This document shows positions 56,531 to 64,000 of a DNA stretch of 64,000 nt, one piece after another. The translations under genes were made by a program, and so were the position numbers. The DNA comes from Burkholderiales bacterium (GTDB lineage: Bacteria > Pseudomonadota > Gammaproteobacteria > Burkholderiales > JBEEJL01). Where the stretch lies: the NCBI GenBank assembly GCA_049695115.1, contig JBAVRP010000070.1:63-64062 (forward strand). The letters run 5' to 3'. The notes under the pieces are model-generated. The model was not told the DNA's origin and ran no database searches. It saw nothing but the letters and a program-made list of their open reading frames with translations. Every line of letters begins with the position of its first letter. The first letter of the stretch is position 1.

Positions 56531-56941
56531 ATGAATAAAAAATTCTTCATCTCAACCTTGATTTTATTCGTCGTGTGGATGGTCGGCGGAATCGTGGTGC
56601 ATGGCGTGTTGTTGGGGGCGGATTACGCCGGCCTGACGAGCTTGTATCGCCCCGAGGCGGATCAACAGAAATATTTCCCTTTTATGTTGATCGCTCATCT
56701 CATCGTTGCCGGTGCGTTCGTGTGGATTTACACGCGCGGCGTGGAGGCCAAGCCTTGGTTGAATCAAGGTTTGCGTTTCGGTTTTGCTGTCGCGCTGTTG
56801 ACCATCGTGCCGACTTATATGATTTATTATGCTGTGCAGCCTTTGCCGGGCATGATGGTGGTGAAGCAGATTATTTTTGATGGAATTTGGACGTTGCTGC
56901 TTGGTGTGCTGGTGGCGTTTTTGTATCGGAACCAACAGTAA
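56531..56941 (+). CDS. inner-membrane protein of unknown function (4 TM helices)
   Basis: The ORF track starts at 56492. I prefer the ATG at 56531 (MNKKFFISTL), preceded by AAAGGAGG. Confidence 0.7.
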   Translation: MNKKFFISTLILFVVWMVGGIVVHGVLLGADYAGLTSLYRPEADQQKYFPFMLIAHLIVAGAFVWIYTRGVEAKPWLNQGLRFGFAVALLTIVPTYMIYYAVQPLPGMMVVKQIIFDGIWTLLLGVLVAFLYRNQQ

Positions 56942-56953
56942 TCTGGGAAAAAT

Positions 56954-57040
56954 GTAGGGTGCGCCGCGCGCACGCGTGAGGTGAGTTCGGCAAGTTGTAG
57001 CGATATCGAAAGTGTAGCGCGTGCGCATGGCGCAGCCTAC
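56954..57040. repeat. REPIN-like inverted pair of REP units
   Basis: GTAGGGTGCGCCGCGCGCACGCG lies at 56954-76 (+). CGCGTGCGCATGGCGCAGCCTAC at 57018-40 is the complement of GTAGGCTGCGCCATGCGCACGCG. The pair lies between convergent gene ends. Confidence 0.8.
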
Positions 57041-57047
57041 GAAAATT

Positions 57048-58082
57048 TCAAGTCAGCTCAGCCAAATCCCATCTCGGCTTAACGCTAAAACTTCCGTCCG
57101 TCTTCAGTCCTTCAACACCCATTTTCTGCAAACGTAAAGCACCCGCAAACGCGATCATCGCGCCGTTGTCGGTGCAGAATTCCAGCGGCGGATAAAAAAC
57201 TTCGCAGCCGATTTTTTGCGTGCGTGAAGTGAGCGCTTCGCGCAATTGCTTGTTGGCGCCGACGCCGCCTGCGACGACTAATTGTTGGTGGCCGGTTTGT
57301 TTTAATGCGCTAAGTGATTTCGCCACCAGCACTTCGACGATGGCTTCTTGAAACGCTAAACAAATATCGGCGCGGGTTTGCTGGTCGATATTGCCGTCGG
57401 TATTTTTGTTTTGGTTCACTAAGGTCAGCACGGCGGTTTTAAGTCCGCTGAAACTGAAGTTGAGGTCGCCGCTGTGGAGCATGGGGCGTGGCAACTTAAA
57501 TTTCCCCGGTGTGCCTTGCATCGCTAGTTGAGATAATGCAGGTCCGCCGGGGTAGCCTAGGTCGAGTAGTTTGGCGGTCTTGTCGAAGGCTTCACCGGCT
57601 GCGTCATCGAGCGTGTCGCCGAGTAACTTATAGTCACCGACGCCGGCAACTTCCATTAATTGTGAATGCCCGCCGGAAACCAGTAGTGCGACAAACGGAA
57701 AAGCCGGCGCAGGGGTGGCGAGCAAGGGCGAGAGCAAATGGCCTTCGAGATGATGAATGCCGATGGCAGGGACATTGAGAGCAAGCGCTAACCCGCTCGC
57801 TACGCCTGCACCGACCAGTAACGCGCCTGAAAGTCCCGGGCCTTGTGTGTACGCTATAGCATTGATTTCATTTATATTTCTGTGCGCCTGTGCTAGGACT
57901 TGTCGCGTCAGCGGTAAAACGCGGCGAATGTGATCGCGCGACGCCAGCTCGGGCACGACGCCGCCGTATTCAGCGTGCATGGAGACCTGCGAGTAAAGCG
58001 CGTGTGCGAGCAAACCTTGCTCGCCGTCATAAAGGGCGAGGCCGGTTTCGTCGCAGGAAGATTCGATTCCCAGTACGAGCAT
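57048..58082 (-). CDS. tsaD: tRNA N6-adenosine threonylcarbamoyltransferase
   Basis: 344 aa. [15 protein letters not shown]-terminus, plus HHLEGH and GGVGAN motifs. Confidence 0.96.
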   Translation of the reverse strand: MLVLGIESSCDETGLALYDGEQGLLAHALYSQVSMHAEYGGVVPELASRDHIRRVLPLTRQVLAQAHRNINEINAIAYTQGPGLSGALLVGAGVASGLALALNVPAIGIHHLEGHLLSPLLATPAPAFPFVALLVSGGHSQLMEVAGVGDYKLLGDTLDDAAGEAFDKTAKLLDLGYPGGPALSQLAMQGTPGKFKLPRPMLHSGDLNFSFSGLKTAVLTLVNQNKNTDGNIDQQTRADICLAFQEAIVEVLVAKSLSALKQTGHQQLVVAGGVGANKQLREALTSRTQKIGCEVFYPPLEFCTDNGAMIAFAGALRLQKMGVEGLKTDGSFSVKPRWDLAELT

Positions 58083-58186
58083 ATATATAGTATGGCGAAG
58101 GGGAAACGCGGCTTTTACTTAAATGCCGTGGGCTGATATAATGCACAGTTTACCAGCTTCACCGCCCTAACTTTTACGGAGTCCGC

Positions 58187-58399
58187 ATGCCGAGTGTACG
58201 TGTTAAAGAAAATGAACCATTTGACGTTGCACTGCGCCGCTTTAAGCGCGCTGTAGAAAAAACCGGTCTGCTGACCGAATTGCGTGCCCGCGAGTTTTAC
58301 GAAAAGCCCACCGCTGAGCGTAAGCGCAAAATGGCCGCCGCTGTGAAACGCCGTTATAAGCGTCTGCGCAGCCAGATGTTGCCGCCCAAGCTTTACTAA
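58187..58399 (+). CDS. rpsU: 30S ribosomal protein S21
   Basis: 70 aa. [21 protein letters not shown]. Confidence 0.97.
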   Translation: MPSVRVKENEPFDVALRRFKRAVEKTGLLTELRAREFYEKPTAERKRKMAAAVKRRYKRLRSQMLPPKLY

Positions 58400-58497
58400 A
58401 CCTACATAACTTCACGCTTAGACGTGGGGTTTTTCGCCGAATTGAAATGCGTCACGCGCGGCTCGATTCGGCGTTTGCATTTTTAGACGGAGTAATC

Positions 58498-58941
58498 ATG
58501 AGTCTGCGCGAACAAATTACTGAAGACATGAAATCCGCCATGCGCGCGAAGGAAACTGAGCGGCTGAACGCGATTCGCCTGCTGCTGGCTGCGCTGAAGC
58601 AAAAAGAAGTCGACGAGCGCGTGACTTTGAGCGACGCCGATGTGATTTCGATTATCGAAAAAATGCTCAAGCAAAGACGCGACTCCATTTCGCAATTTGA
58701 AGCGGCCAAGCGCCAGGATCTCGCTGACAAAGAAAAATTTGAAGTCAGCATACTCGAAGCTTACATGCCCAAAGCCATGAGCGAAGCAGAAGTGGCGGCG
58801 GCGATAGACGAAGCGATTAAATCTTCCGGTGCAGCGGGAATGAAAGACATGGCTAAAGTCATGGCGACGCTGAAACCGATTTTGGCTGGACGCTCAGATA
58901 TGGCGAAAGTGTCCGGTTTGATCAAAGCCAAGCTCAATTAA
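58498..58941 (+). CDS. GatB/YqeY domain-containing protein
   Basis: The ORF track starts at 58447. I prefer the ATG at 58498 (MSLREQITEDMKSAMRAKE), preceded by GACGGAG. It sits between rpsU and dnaG, as is common. Confidence 0.9.
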   Translation: MSLREQITEDMKSAMRAKETERLNAIRLLLAALKQKEVDERVTLSDADVISIIEKMLKQRRDSISQFEAAKRQDLADKEKFEVSILEAYMPKAMSEAEVAAAIDEAIKSSGAAGMKDMAKVMATLKPILAGRSDMAKVSGLIKAKLN

Positions 58942-58952
58942 AAATTAAATAT

Positions 58953-58965
58953 AATCAAATAGTTA
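58953..58965 (+). repeat. AT-rich junction element core AATCAAATAGTTA
   Basis: Lies in the yqeY/dnaG spacer, in the context ATTAAATATAATCAAATAGTTACAAT. Confidence 0.8.
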
Positions 58966-59026
58966 CAATTATAAATTATTCATTATTTTTACTCTCCGGG
59001 CAGCGGTACACTAACGCTTGCCGACT

Positions 59027-60787
59027 ATGATTCCCCAGGATTTTATTCAAACTCTGCTCGACCGCGTCGATATTGTCGATGTGGTCGAACGCTACGTGCC
59101 GCTGAAAAAAGCCGGCTCCAACCTTAAAGCCTGTTGCCCGTTTCACAACGAAAAATCGCCGTCGTTTAACGTCAGTCAGACCAAACAGTTCTATCACTGC
59201 TTCGGTTGCGGCGCCCACGGCACGGCGATTTCATTTTTGATGGAATACGCGGGCATGGGTTTTATCGAAGCGGTCAAAGATCTGGCCGACAGCGTCGGGA
59301 TGCAAATGCCGGCGCTGGAAATACGCCGCGACGCGAATCGCGGCGACGCAGCGCCGGGGGCGGGCGATTCCGGCAATATCCAACATCTGTACGAAACGCT
59401 ATATCGTGCCATGCAGTTTTACCGCGAAGAATTAAAGACAGCGCCGCATGCCATCGCGTATCTTAAACAGCGTGGATTATCGGGCGAAATCGCCGCGCGT
59501 TTCGGCATCGGCTACGCGCCCGCGGGCTGGCAGAATCTGGAAAAAATTTTTCCTGATTACCCATCGAAAAATTTAATCGATGCAGGCTTAGTCATTAAAA
59601 ACGAAGAGGGCAAACATTACGACCGTTTCCGCGATCGGGTGATGTTTCCGATTATCAATGCCAAGGGCAATATCATCGGCTTCGGCGGCCGCGTGTTGGA
59701 CAAGGGCGAGCCGAAATATCTCAATTCGCCAGAGACGCCGGTGTTTGACAAAGGGCGCGAGTTGTATGGCTTGTACCAAGCACGCAAATCCATACGCGAG
59801 AAAGGCCGCGTGATGGTGGTCGAAGGTTATATGGACGTAGTCGCGCTGGCGCAACACGGCGTCGAATACACCGTCGCCACGCTCGGCACAGCGACTACGC
59901 CCACGCATATCCAGAAATTATTACGCACGACGCAGAATGTGGTGTTTTGTTTCGACGGCGACAAAGCCGGGCGCGCGGCGGCGTGGCGCGCGCTTGAAGT
60001 GGCGTTGCCGTACCTTACCGACGGCGCCAATGTGAGTTTTTTGTTTTTGCCGTCGGAACACGACCCGGACAGCTATGTGCGCGAATTCGGCCGTGAGGCG
60101 TTGGAGAAATTATTGGCTGATGCCCCGTCGTTGTCCACTTACATGCTGCGTGAACTGACTGCCCAAGTGGATTTGAAAAATGAAGAGGGCCGTGCGCGTT
60201 TGCTGCAACACGCCAAGCCCTTGATAAGCCAAATCACCGCCCCGACATTAAGCTTACTGCTGCGAAATCGACTAACGGCATTAACCGGCGTGAGTCGTGC
60301 GGAAATCGATTCGTTGTTTCAATTGCAGCCTATCCGCGAGGAACGGCAAAGGGGCCCGGCCAAAGCGCCGCGCAACGCGCCGTCACTCGAAGGAAAAATG
60401 ATAGGCATGGTGCTGCATCATCCGCCGTTGGCGCATGAATTCGGCGGTGAAGCGAACTACGGCGTGACGCCGGAAGCCAAAACCCTGGCTGAATTAGTGC
60501 GCATAATCGTCGAAAAAAGACCGCAAAAGTCGGGGAATGTAATGGAATATTTTCGCGACACCCCCTATGAAAAGATATTGCAGGAGCGGGCGGCTGAAGG
60601 TTTGAAGCAAGCGGAAAATTTTTCCGCAAACGAATTGGAGCAGGAATTCCGGGGAGCTTTGGCTCAATTGCGCGAACTGAATCGCAAATATGAAATAAAT
60701 GATTTGTTGAAAAAATCCCAACGTGAAGCATTAAGCGAAAGCGATAAAGCGCGCTACCTCGAATTAACCAAGCAGCATAATAGTTAA
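59027..60787 (+). CDS. dnaG: DNA primase
   Basis: The ORF track starts at TTG 59018. I prefer the ATG at 59027 (MIPQDFIQTLLDRVDIVDVV). Zinc ribbon CCPFHNEKSPSF...YHCFGCGAHG and TOPRIM domain (VVEGYMDVV, FDGDKAG). Confidence 0.96.
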   Translation: MIPQDFIQTLLDRVDIVDVVERYVPLKKAGSNLKACCPFHNEKSPSFNVSQTKQFYHCFGCGAHGTAISFLMEYAGMGFIEAVKDLADSVGMQMPALEIRRDANRGDAAPGAGDSGNIQHLYETLYRAMQFYREELKTAPHAIAYLKQRGLSGEIAARFGIGYAPAGWQNLEKIFPDYPSKNLIDAGLVIKNEEGKHYDRFRDRVMFPIINAKGNIIGFGGRVLDKGEPKYLNSPETPVFDKGRELYGLYQARKSIREKGRVMVVEGYMDVVALAQHGVEYTVATLGTATTPTHIQKLLRTTQNVVFCFDGDKAGRAAAWRALEVALPYLTDGANVSFLFLPSEHDPDSYVREFGREALEKLLADAPSLSTYMLRELTAQVDLKNEEGRARLLQHAKPLISQITAPTLSLLLRNRLTALTGVSRAEIDSLFQLQPIREERQRGPAKAPRNAPSLEGKMIGMVLHHPPLAHEFGGEANYGVTPEAKTLAELVRIIVEKRPQKSGNVMEYFRDTPYEKILQERAAEGLKQAENFSANELEQEFRGALAQLRELNRKYEINDLLKKSQREALSESDKARYLELTKQHNS

Positions 60788-60797
60788 TATATTGATT
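60785..60797 (-). repeat. AT-rich junction element core AATCAATATATTA
   Basis: Overlaps the dnaG stop codon. Confidence 0.7.
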
Positions 60798-60957
60798 ACA
60801 TTGATTTTTTTATTAAAACGAAGTACAATCTTTTAAAATAATATTTATCTGTTTTCGGGCGTTCGCATAACAAAACGCAGCTTAAGTAGTCTAAAGTTCT
60901 GATATACTTAACGGCTTTTTTCAACGCCTTTTTCACTCAGTTTTCACTGGAACCGAC

Positions 60958-62832
60958 ATGGCTCACGAAAAACCCGAACGCATTATTCCCGACGTCGAAG
61001 CGCAACGCCTGAAGCTCAAAAACCTGATTGTGATGGGTAAGGAGCGCGGCTTTCTGACTTACGCCGAAATCAATGATTCACTGCCGGACGAAATGCTCGA
61101 CGCCGAGCAAATCGAAGGCATTATCAGCATGATCGGCGACATGGGCATCATGGTGTATGACATTGCGCCGGATGCCGAAACGCTGTTGATGACCGAAGCG
61201 GCGCCCCCGGTCGCCGATGAAGACGCTGTAGAAGAAGCTGAGGCCGCGCTGTCGACGGTGGATTCCGATTTTGGCCGCACCACCGACCCCGTGCGTATGT
61301 ATATGCGCGAAATGGGCACGGTGGATTTGCTCACGCGCGAAGGCGAAATTGAAATCGCCAAGCGTATCGAGGACGGCTTGAAACACATGATTTACGCCAT
61401 CTCGTCCTGCCCTACGACGATTGCCGAAATTCTGACTAAAGCGGAAATGGTCGAGCGCGACGAAATGCGCATCGACGAGCTCGTCGATGGTTTGATTGAT
61501 CCGAACGAAGAAGAAGTCGTCGAAACGGAAATAGAAGCCGCCGAAGAGGAAGAAGAGCTCGAAGAGGAAGAGATTGACGAGGATGAAGACGGCGCCATTG
61601 CCAGCGCCAATCTGGAAATCCTCAAGCAGGGCGCGCTGGTGCGTTTCGCGCACATACGCAAGCTGTATAAAAAAATGCGCAAAGGGCTGGCGGAAAAAGG
61701 TTCGCGCAGCCGTGCGTACAAAGATTTGCAGGAAGAAATTTCCAACGAACTTATGTGGATTCGTTTTTCCGCCAAGCAAGTCGAAGCGCTGTGCAGCAGC
61801 TTGCGCAGGCTGGTGGATAATGTGCGCCTGCAGGAACGCCAGATCATGGAGCTATGCGTCACCAGTTCCGGCATGCCGCGCTCCCACTTCATCAAATCCT
61901 TCCCCGGCAATGAAGTGAACCTGAAATGGGTGAACGACGAAATCGCCCATGGCAAGGGCTATTCTGCGGCCCTCACGCGCTATAAGCACGCTATTGTCGA
62001 GCGGCAGGATAATTTGCTCAACATCCAAAAAGATGTTGGCCTGCCGATTAAAGACCTGAAAGAAATTTCGCGCCAGCTCAGTACTGGCGAAGCCAAGGCG
62101 AGGCGCGCCAAGCGCGAGATGATCGAGGCCAACCTGCGCCTGGTGATTTCGATCGCAAAAAAATATACCAACCGTGGTTTGCAATTCCTCGATTTGATAC
62201 AGGAAGGCAACATCGGCCTGATGAAAGCCGTGGATAAATTCGAATACCGTCGCGGTTACAAATTTTCGACCTATGCGACCTGGTGGATACGCCAGGCGAT
62301 TACGCGTTCCATCGCCGATCAAGCCCGCACCATTCGCATTCCGGTGCACATGATCGAAACGATTAACAAAATGAATCGCATTTCGCGCCAGATTTTGCAG
62401 GAAACCGGACAAGAACCAGACGCCGCAACATTGGCTGTGAAAATGGAAATGCCGGAAGAAAAAATCCGCAAAATACTGAAAATTTCCAAAGAGCCGATTT
62501 CCATGGAAACGCCGATCGGCGACGACGACGATTCGCATTTAGGCGATTTCATCGAAGACTTGGCGACCTTGGCGCCGTCGGATTCCGCCATTTTCGCCAG
62601 CCTGCGCGAAGCGACCAAAGAAGTATTGGATTCGCTCACGCCGCGCGAAGCGAAAGTGTTGCGCATGCGTTTCGGTATCGAAATGAACACCGACCACACG
62701 CTGGAAGAAGTCGGCAAGCAGTTCGATGTCACACGCGAGCGTATTCGTCAAATTGAAGCCAAGGCCTTGCGCAAATTGCGTCATCCCACACGCTCGGAAA
62801 GATTGCGTAGTTTTCTCGATAACGAGGCTTGA
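60958..62832 (+). CDS. rpoD: RNA polymerase sigma factor RpoD (sigma-70)
   Basis: 624 aa. Acidic region 1.1 and spacer. Regions 2-4 are present ([88 protein letters not shown]). Confidence 0.97.
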   Translation: MAHEKPERIIPDVEAQRLKLKNLIVMGKERGFLTYAEINDSLPDEMLDAEQIEGIISMIGDMGIMVYDIAPDAETLLMTEAAPPVADEDAVEEAEAALSTVDSDFGRTTDPVRMYMREMGTVDLLTREGEIEIAKRIEDGLKHMIYAISSCPTTIAEILTKAEMVERDEMRIDELVDGLIDPNEEEVVETEIEAAEEEEELEEEEIDEDEDGAIASANLEILKQGALVRFAHIRKLYKKMRKGLAEKGSRSRAYKDLQEEISNELMWIRFSAKQVEALCSSLRRLVDNVRLQERQIMELCVTSSGMPRSHFIKSFPGNEVNLKWVNDEIAHGKGYSAALTRYKHAIVERQDNLLNIQKDVGLPIKDLKEISRQLSTGEAKARRAKREMIEANLRLVISIAKKYTNRGLQFLDLIQEGNIGLMKAVDKFEYRRGYKFSTYATWWIRQAITRSIADQARTIRIPVHMIETINKMNRISRQILQETGQEPDAATLAVKMEMPEEKIRKILKISKEPISMETPIGDDDDSHLGDFIEDLATLAPSDSAIFASLREATKEVLDSLTPREAKVLRMRFGIEMNTDHTLEEVGKQFDVTRERIRQIEAKALRKLRHPTRSERLRSFLDNEA

Positions 62833-62855
62833 GGCTCGATGTAACAACTAAATAG

Positions 62856-62868
62856 TAAATAGTTGATT
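62856..62868 (-). repeat. AT-rich junction element core AATCAACTATTTA
   Basis: Lies 24 nt after the rpoD stop. Confidence 0.7.
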
Positions 62869-62890
62869 ATTATCGTATTTCTGTAAATAT

Positions 62891-62911
62891 TTGGCCGGGT
62901 TTCCCGGCCAA
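62891..62911 (+). terminator. GC-rich hairpin downstream of rpoD (no clear U-tract)
   Basis: TTGGCCGGGtttCCCGGCCAA. It may be a terminator or a processing/stability hairpin ahead of the tRNA cluster. Confidence 0.45.
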
Positions 62912-62920
62912 ATAACATCC

Positions 62921-62997
<77 letters not shown>

Positions 62998-63082
62998 TGA
63001 TTCTTACGACTGATTCATTAGGCGTTACGATTGCAGCGCGTTGACACCTCTGGCTAAAAGACAGATAATTGTCAGTTTCGTC

Positions 63083-63171
<89 letters not shown>

Positions 63172-63285
63172 TATTAAATAAGGAAACGGCAGGATCGAAT
63201 CTGCGTACGCTGGCCCCGCGAATTCAAGGATGCGACCCCGAAGCGAGTTGCGGAACCCGAGTAGCGGAAGTTTGTGAAGGAGCAG

Positions 63286-63337
63286 GCGGGTGTAGCTCAA
63301 TGGTAGAGCTGAAGCCTTGCAAGATTTTGATGAGGGT
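63286..63337 (+). pseudogene. degenerate tRNA-Gly-like 5' duplicate
   Basis: Over its first 33 nt (63286-63318, GCGGGTGTAGCTCAATGGTAGAGCTGAAGCCTT) it is identical to the first 33 nt of the real tRNA-Gly 144 bp downstream. The anticodon loop then reads CTTGCAA, the 3' anticodon stem does not pair, and the T arm and acceptor 3' strand are missing. Confidence 0.65.
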
Positions 63338-63429
63338 GCGCGAGTGGAGGGCGGAGCAGGGCCCGCGAAGCGGGATGTGACCCGGAAGCGAGCGCGGAAC
63401 CCGAGTAGCGGAAGTTTGTGAAGGAGCAG

Positions 63430-63503
63430 GCGGGTGTAGCTCAATGGTAGAGCTGAAGCCTTCCAAGCTTATGACGAGGGTTCGATTCCCTTCACCCGCT
63501 CCA
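63430..63503 (+). tRNA. tRNA-Gly (TCC)
   Basis: Acceptor GCGGGTG/CACCCGC, anticodon loop CTTCCAA, T arm GAGGG-TTCGATT-CCCTT and encoded CCA. Confidence 0.95.
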
Positions 63504-63628
63504 GCAAAGTTGATGTGGAATTGCAGTAAGGCAGATGTTATCAGAAAACGATTATTTCTTTGCCAGGCCAAGCGCAAAGCGGCGCCGCACTTAAGTTGAA
63601 GAGTAAAGTTTTACGAGGGAAGCTAGGC

Positions 63629-63734
63629 CATAAAACGTATATTTGGTTGCGATGCTGCGTTACTCAATCGCTTGTGTGCATTAGCACACGGCGCAATTTC
63701 GCGCCTTGCCTAGCAACCAAATAGGCGTTTTATG
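63629..63734. repeat. 22-bp inverted repeat (20/22) enclosing two small hairpins, abutting the tRNA-Thr 5' end
   Basis: CATAAAACGTATATTTGGTTGC lies at 63629-50. GCAACCAAATAGGCGTTTTATG lies at 63713-34. The interior contains GTGTGCattaGCACAC. Confidence 0.75.
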
Positions 63735-63808
63735 CCCATGTAGCTCAGTGGCAGAGCACTCCCTTGGTAAGGGAGAGGTCACCAGTTCAATCCTGGTCAT
63801 GGGCTCCA
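63734..63808 (+). tRNA. tRNA-Thr (GGT)
   Basis: Acceptor GCCCATG/CATGGGC, anticodon loop TTGGTAA, T loop TTCAATC and encoded CCA. Confidence 0.95.
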
Positions 63809-63819
63809 GATTTTGGTAA

Positions 63820-64000
<181 letters not shown>

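Overview
This is a 64-kb proteobacterial chromosome segment. Gene order and protein sequences look beta-/gammaproteobacterial, and I cannot name the species. Most of it is housekeeping.

**Core content**
- A complete dcw cell-wall/division cluster on the minus strand (mraZ-rsmH-ftsL-ftsI-murE-murF-mraY-murD-ftsW-murG-murC-murB-ddl, 69-14641), with a possible ftsQ start at the left edge.
- RNase P RNA, then pyrC, hslO, rsmI, and yraN-diaA-BON lipoprotein.
- argJ, a mutT/thiE-like fusion, bioC/bioB, comF, trmL, gpsA, secB-grxC-rhodanese, gpmA, envC, an S41 protease, moeB and tsaD.
- The rpsU-yqeY-dnaG-rpoD operon, followed by tRNA(CAT)-Tyr-Gly-Thr and the start of tuf.

**Accessory or unusual content**
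1. A visibly AT-richer 3-kb islet next to rnpB. It encodes a carbamoyltransferase plus SxtJ-like and SxtK/DUF5989-like small membrane proteins.
2. A putative light-response supercluster. It holds a photolyase, an RpoE-type ECF sigma with an 82-aa N-domain-only RseA-like anti-sigma, and a 9-gene operon led by a CarH/LitR-type B12 photoreceptor regulator (Wx9EH and ExHxxG motifs present).
3. A small but apparently complete chromosomal integron, with intact intI, an attI core, one cassette for a secreted protein of unknown function, and an attC.
4. REP/REPIN-like repeat clusters, one of them flanked by a 14-bp duplication.
5. A 113-bp duplication/insertion that splits the normally overlapping ftsW/murG junction.
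6. A degenerate tandem copy of tRNA-Gly.

**Strongest signal not explained by ordinary annotation**
A reiterated AT-rich element of about 25-30 bp occurs at 16 or more sites. Its core is a perfect IHF consensus (AATCAA-N4-TTA). Most copies sit in tiny spacers between adjacent genes. Several supply start or stop codons, and two lie inside murD and murE.

No CRISPR arrays, rRNA genes or recognisable defence genes were seen.
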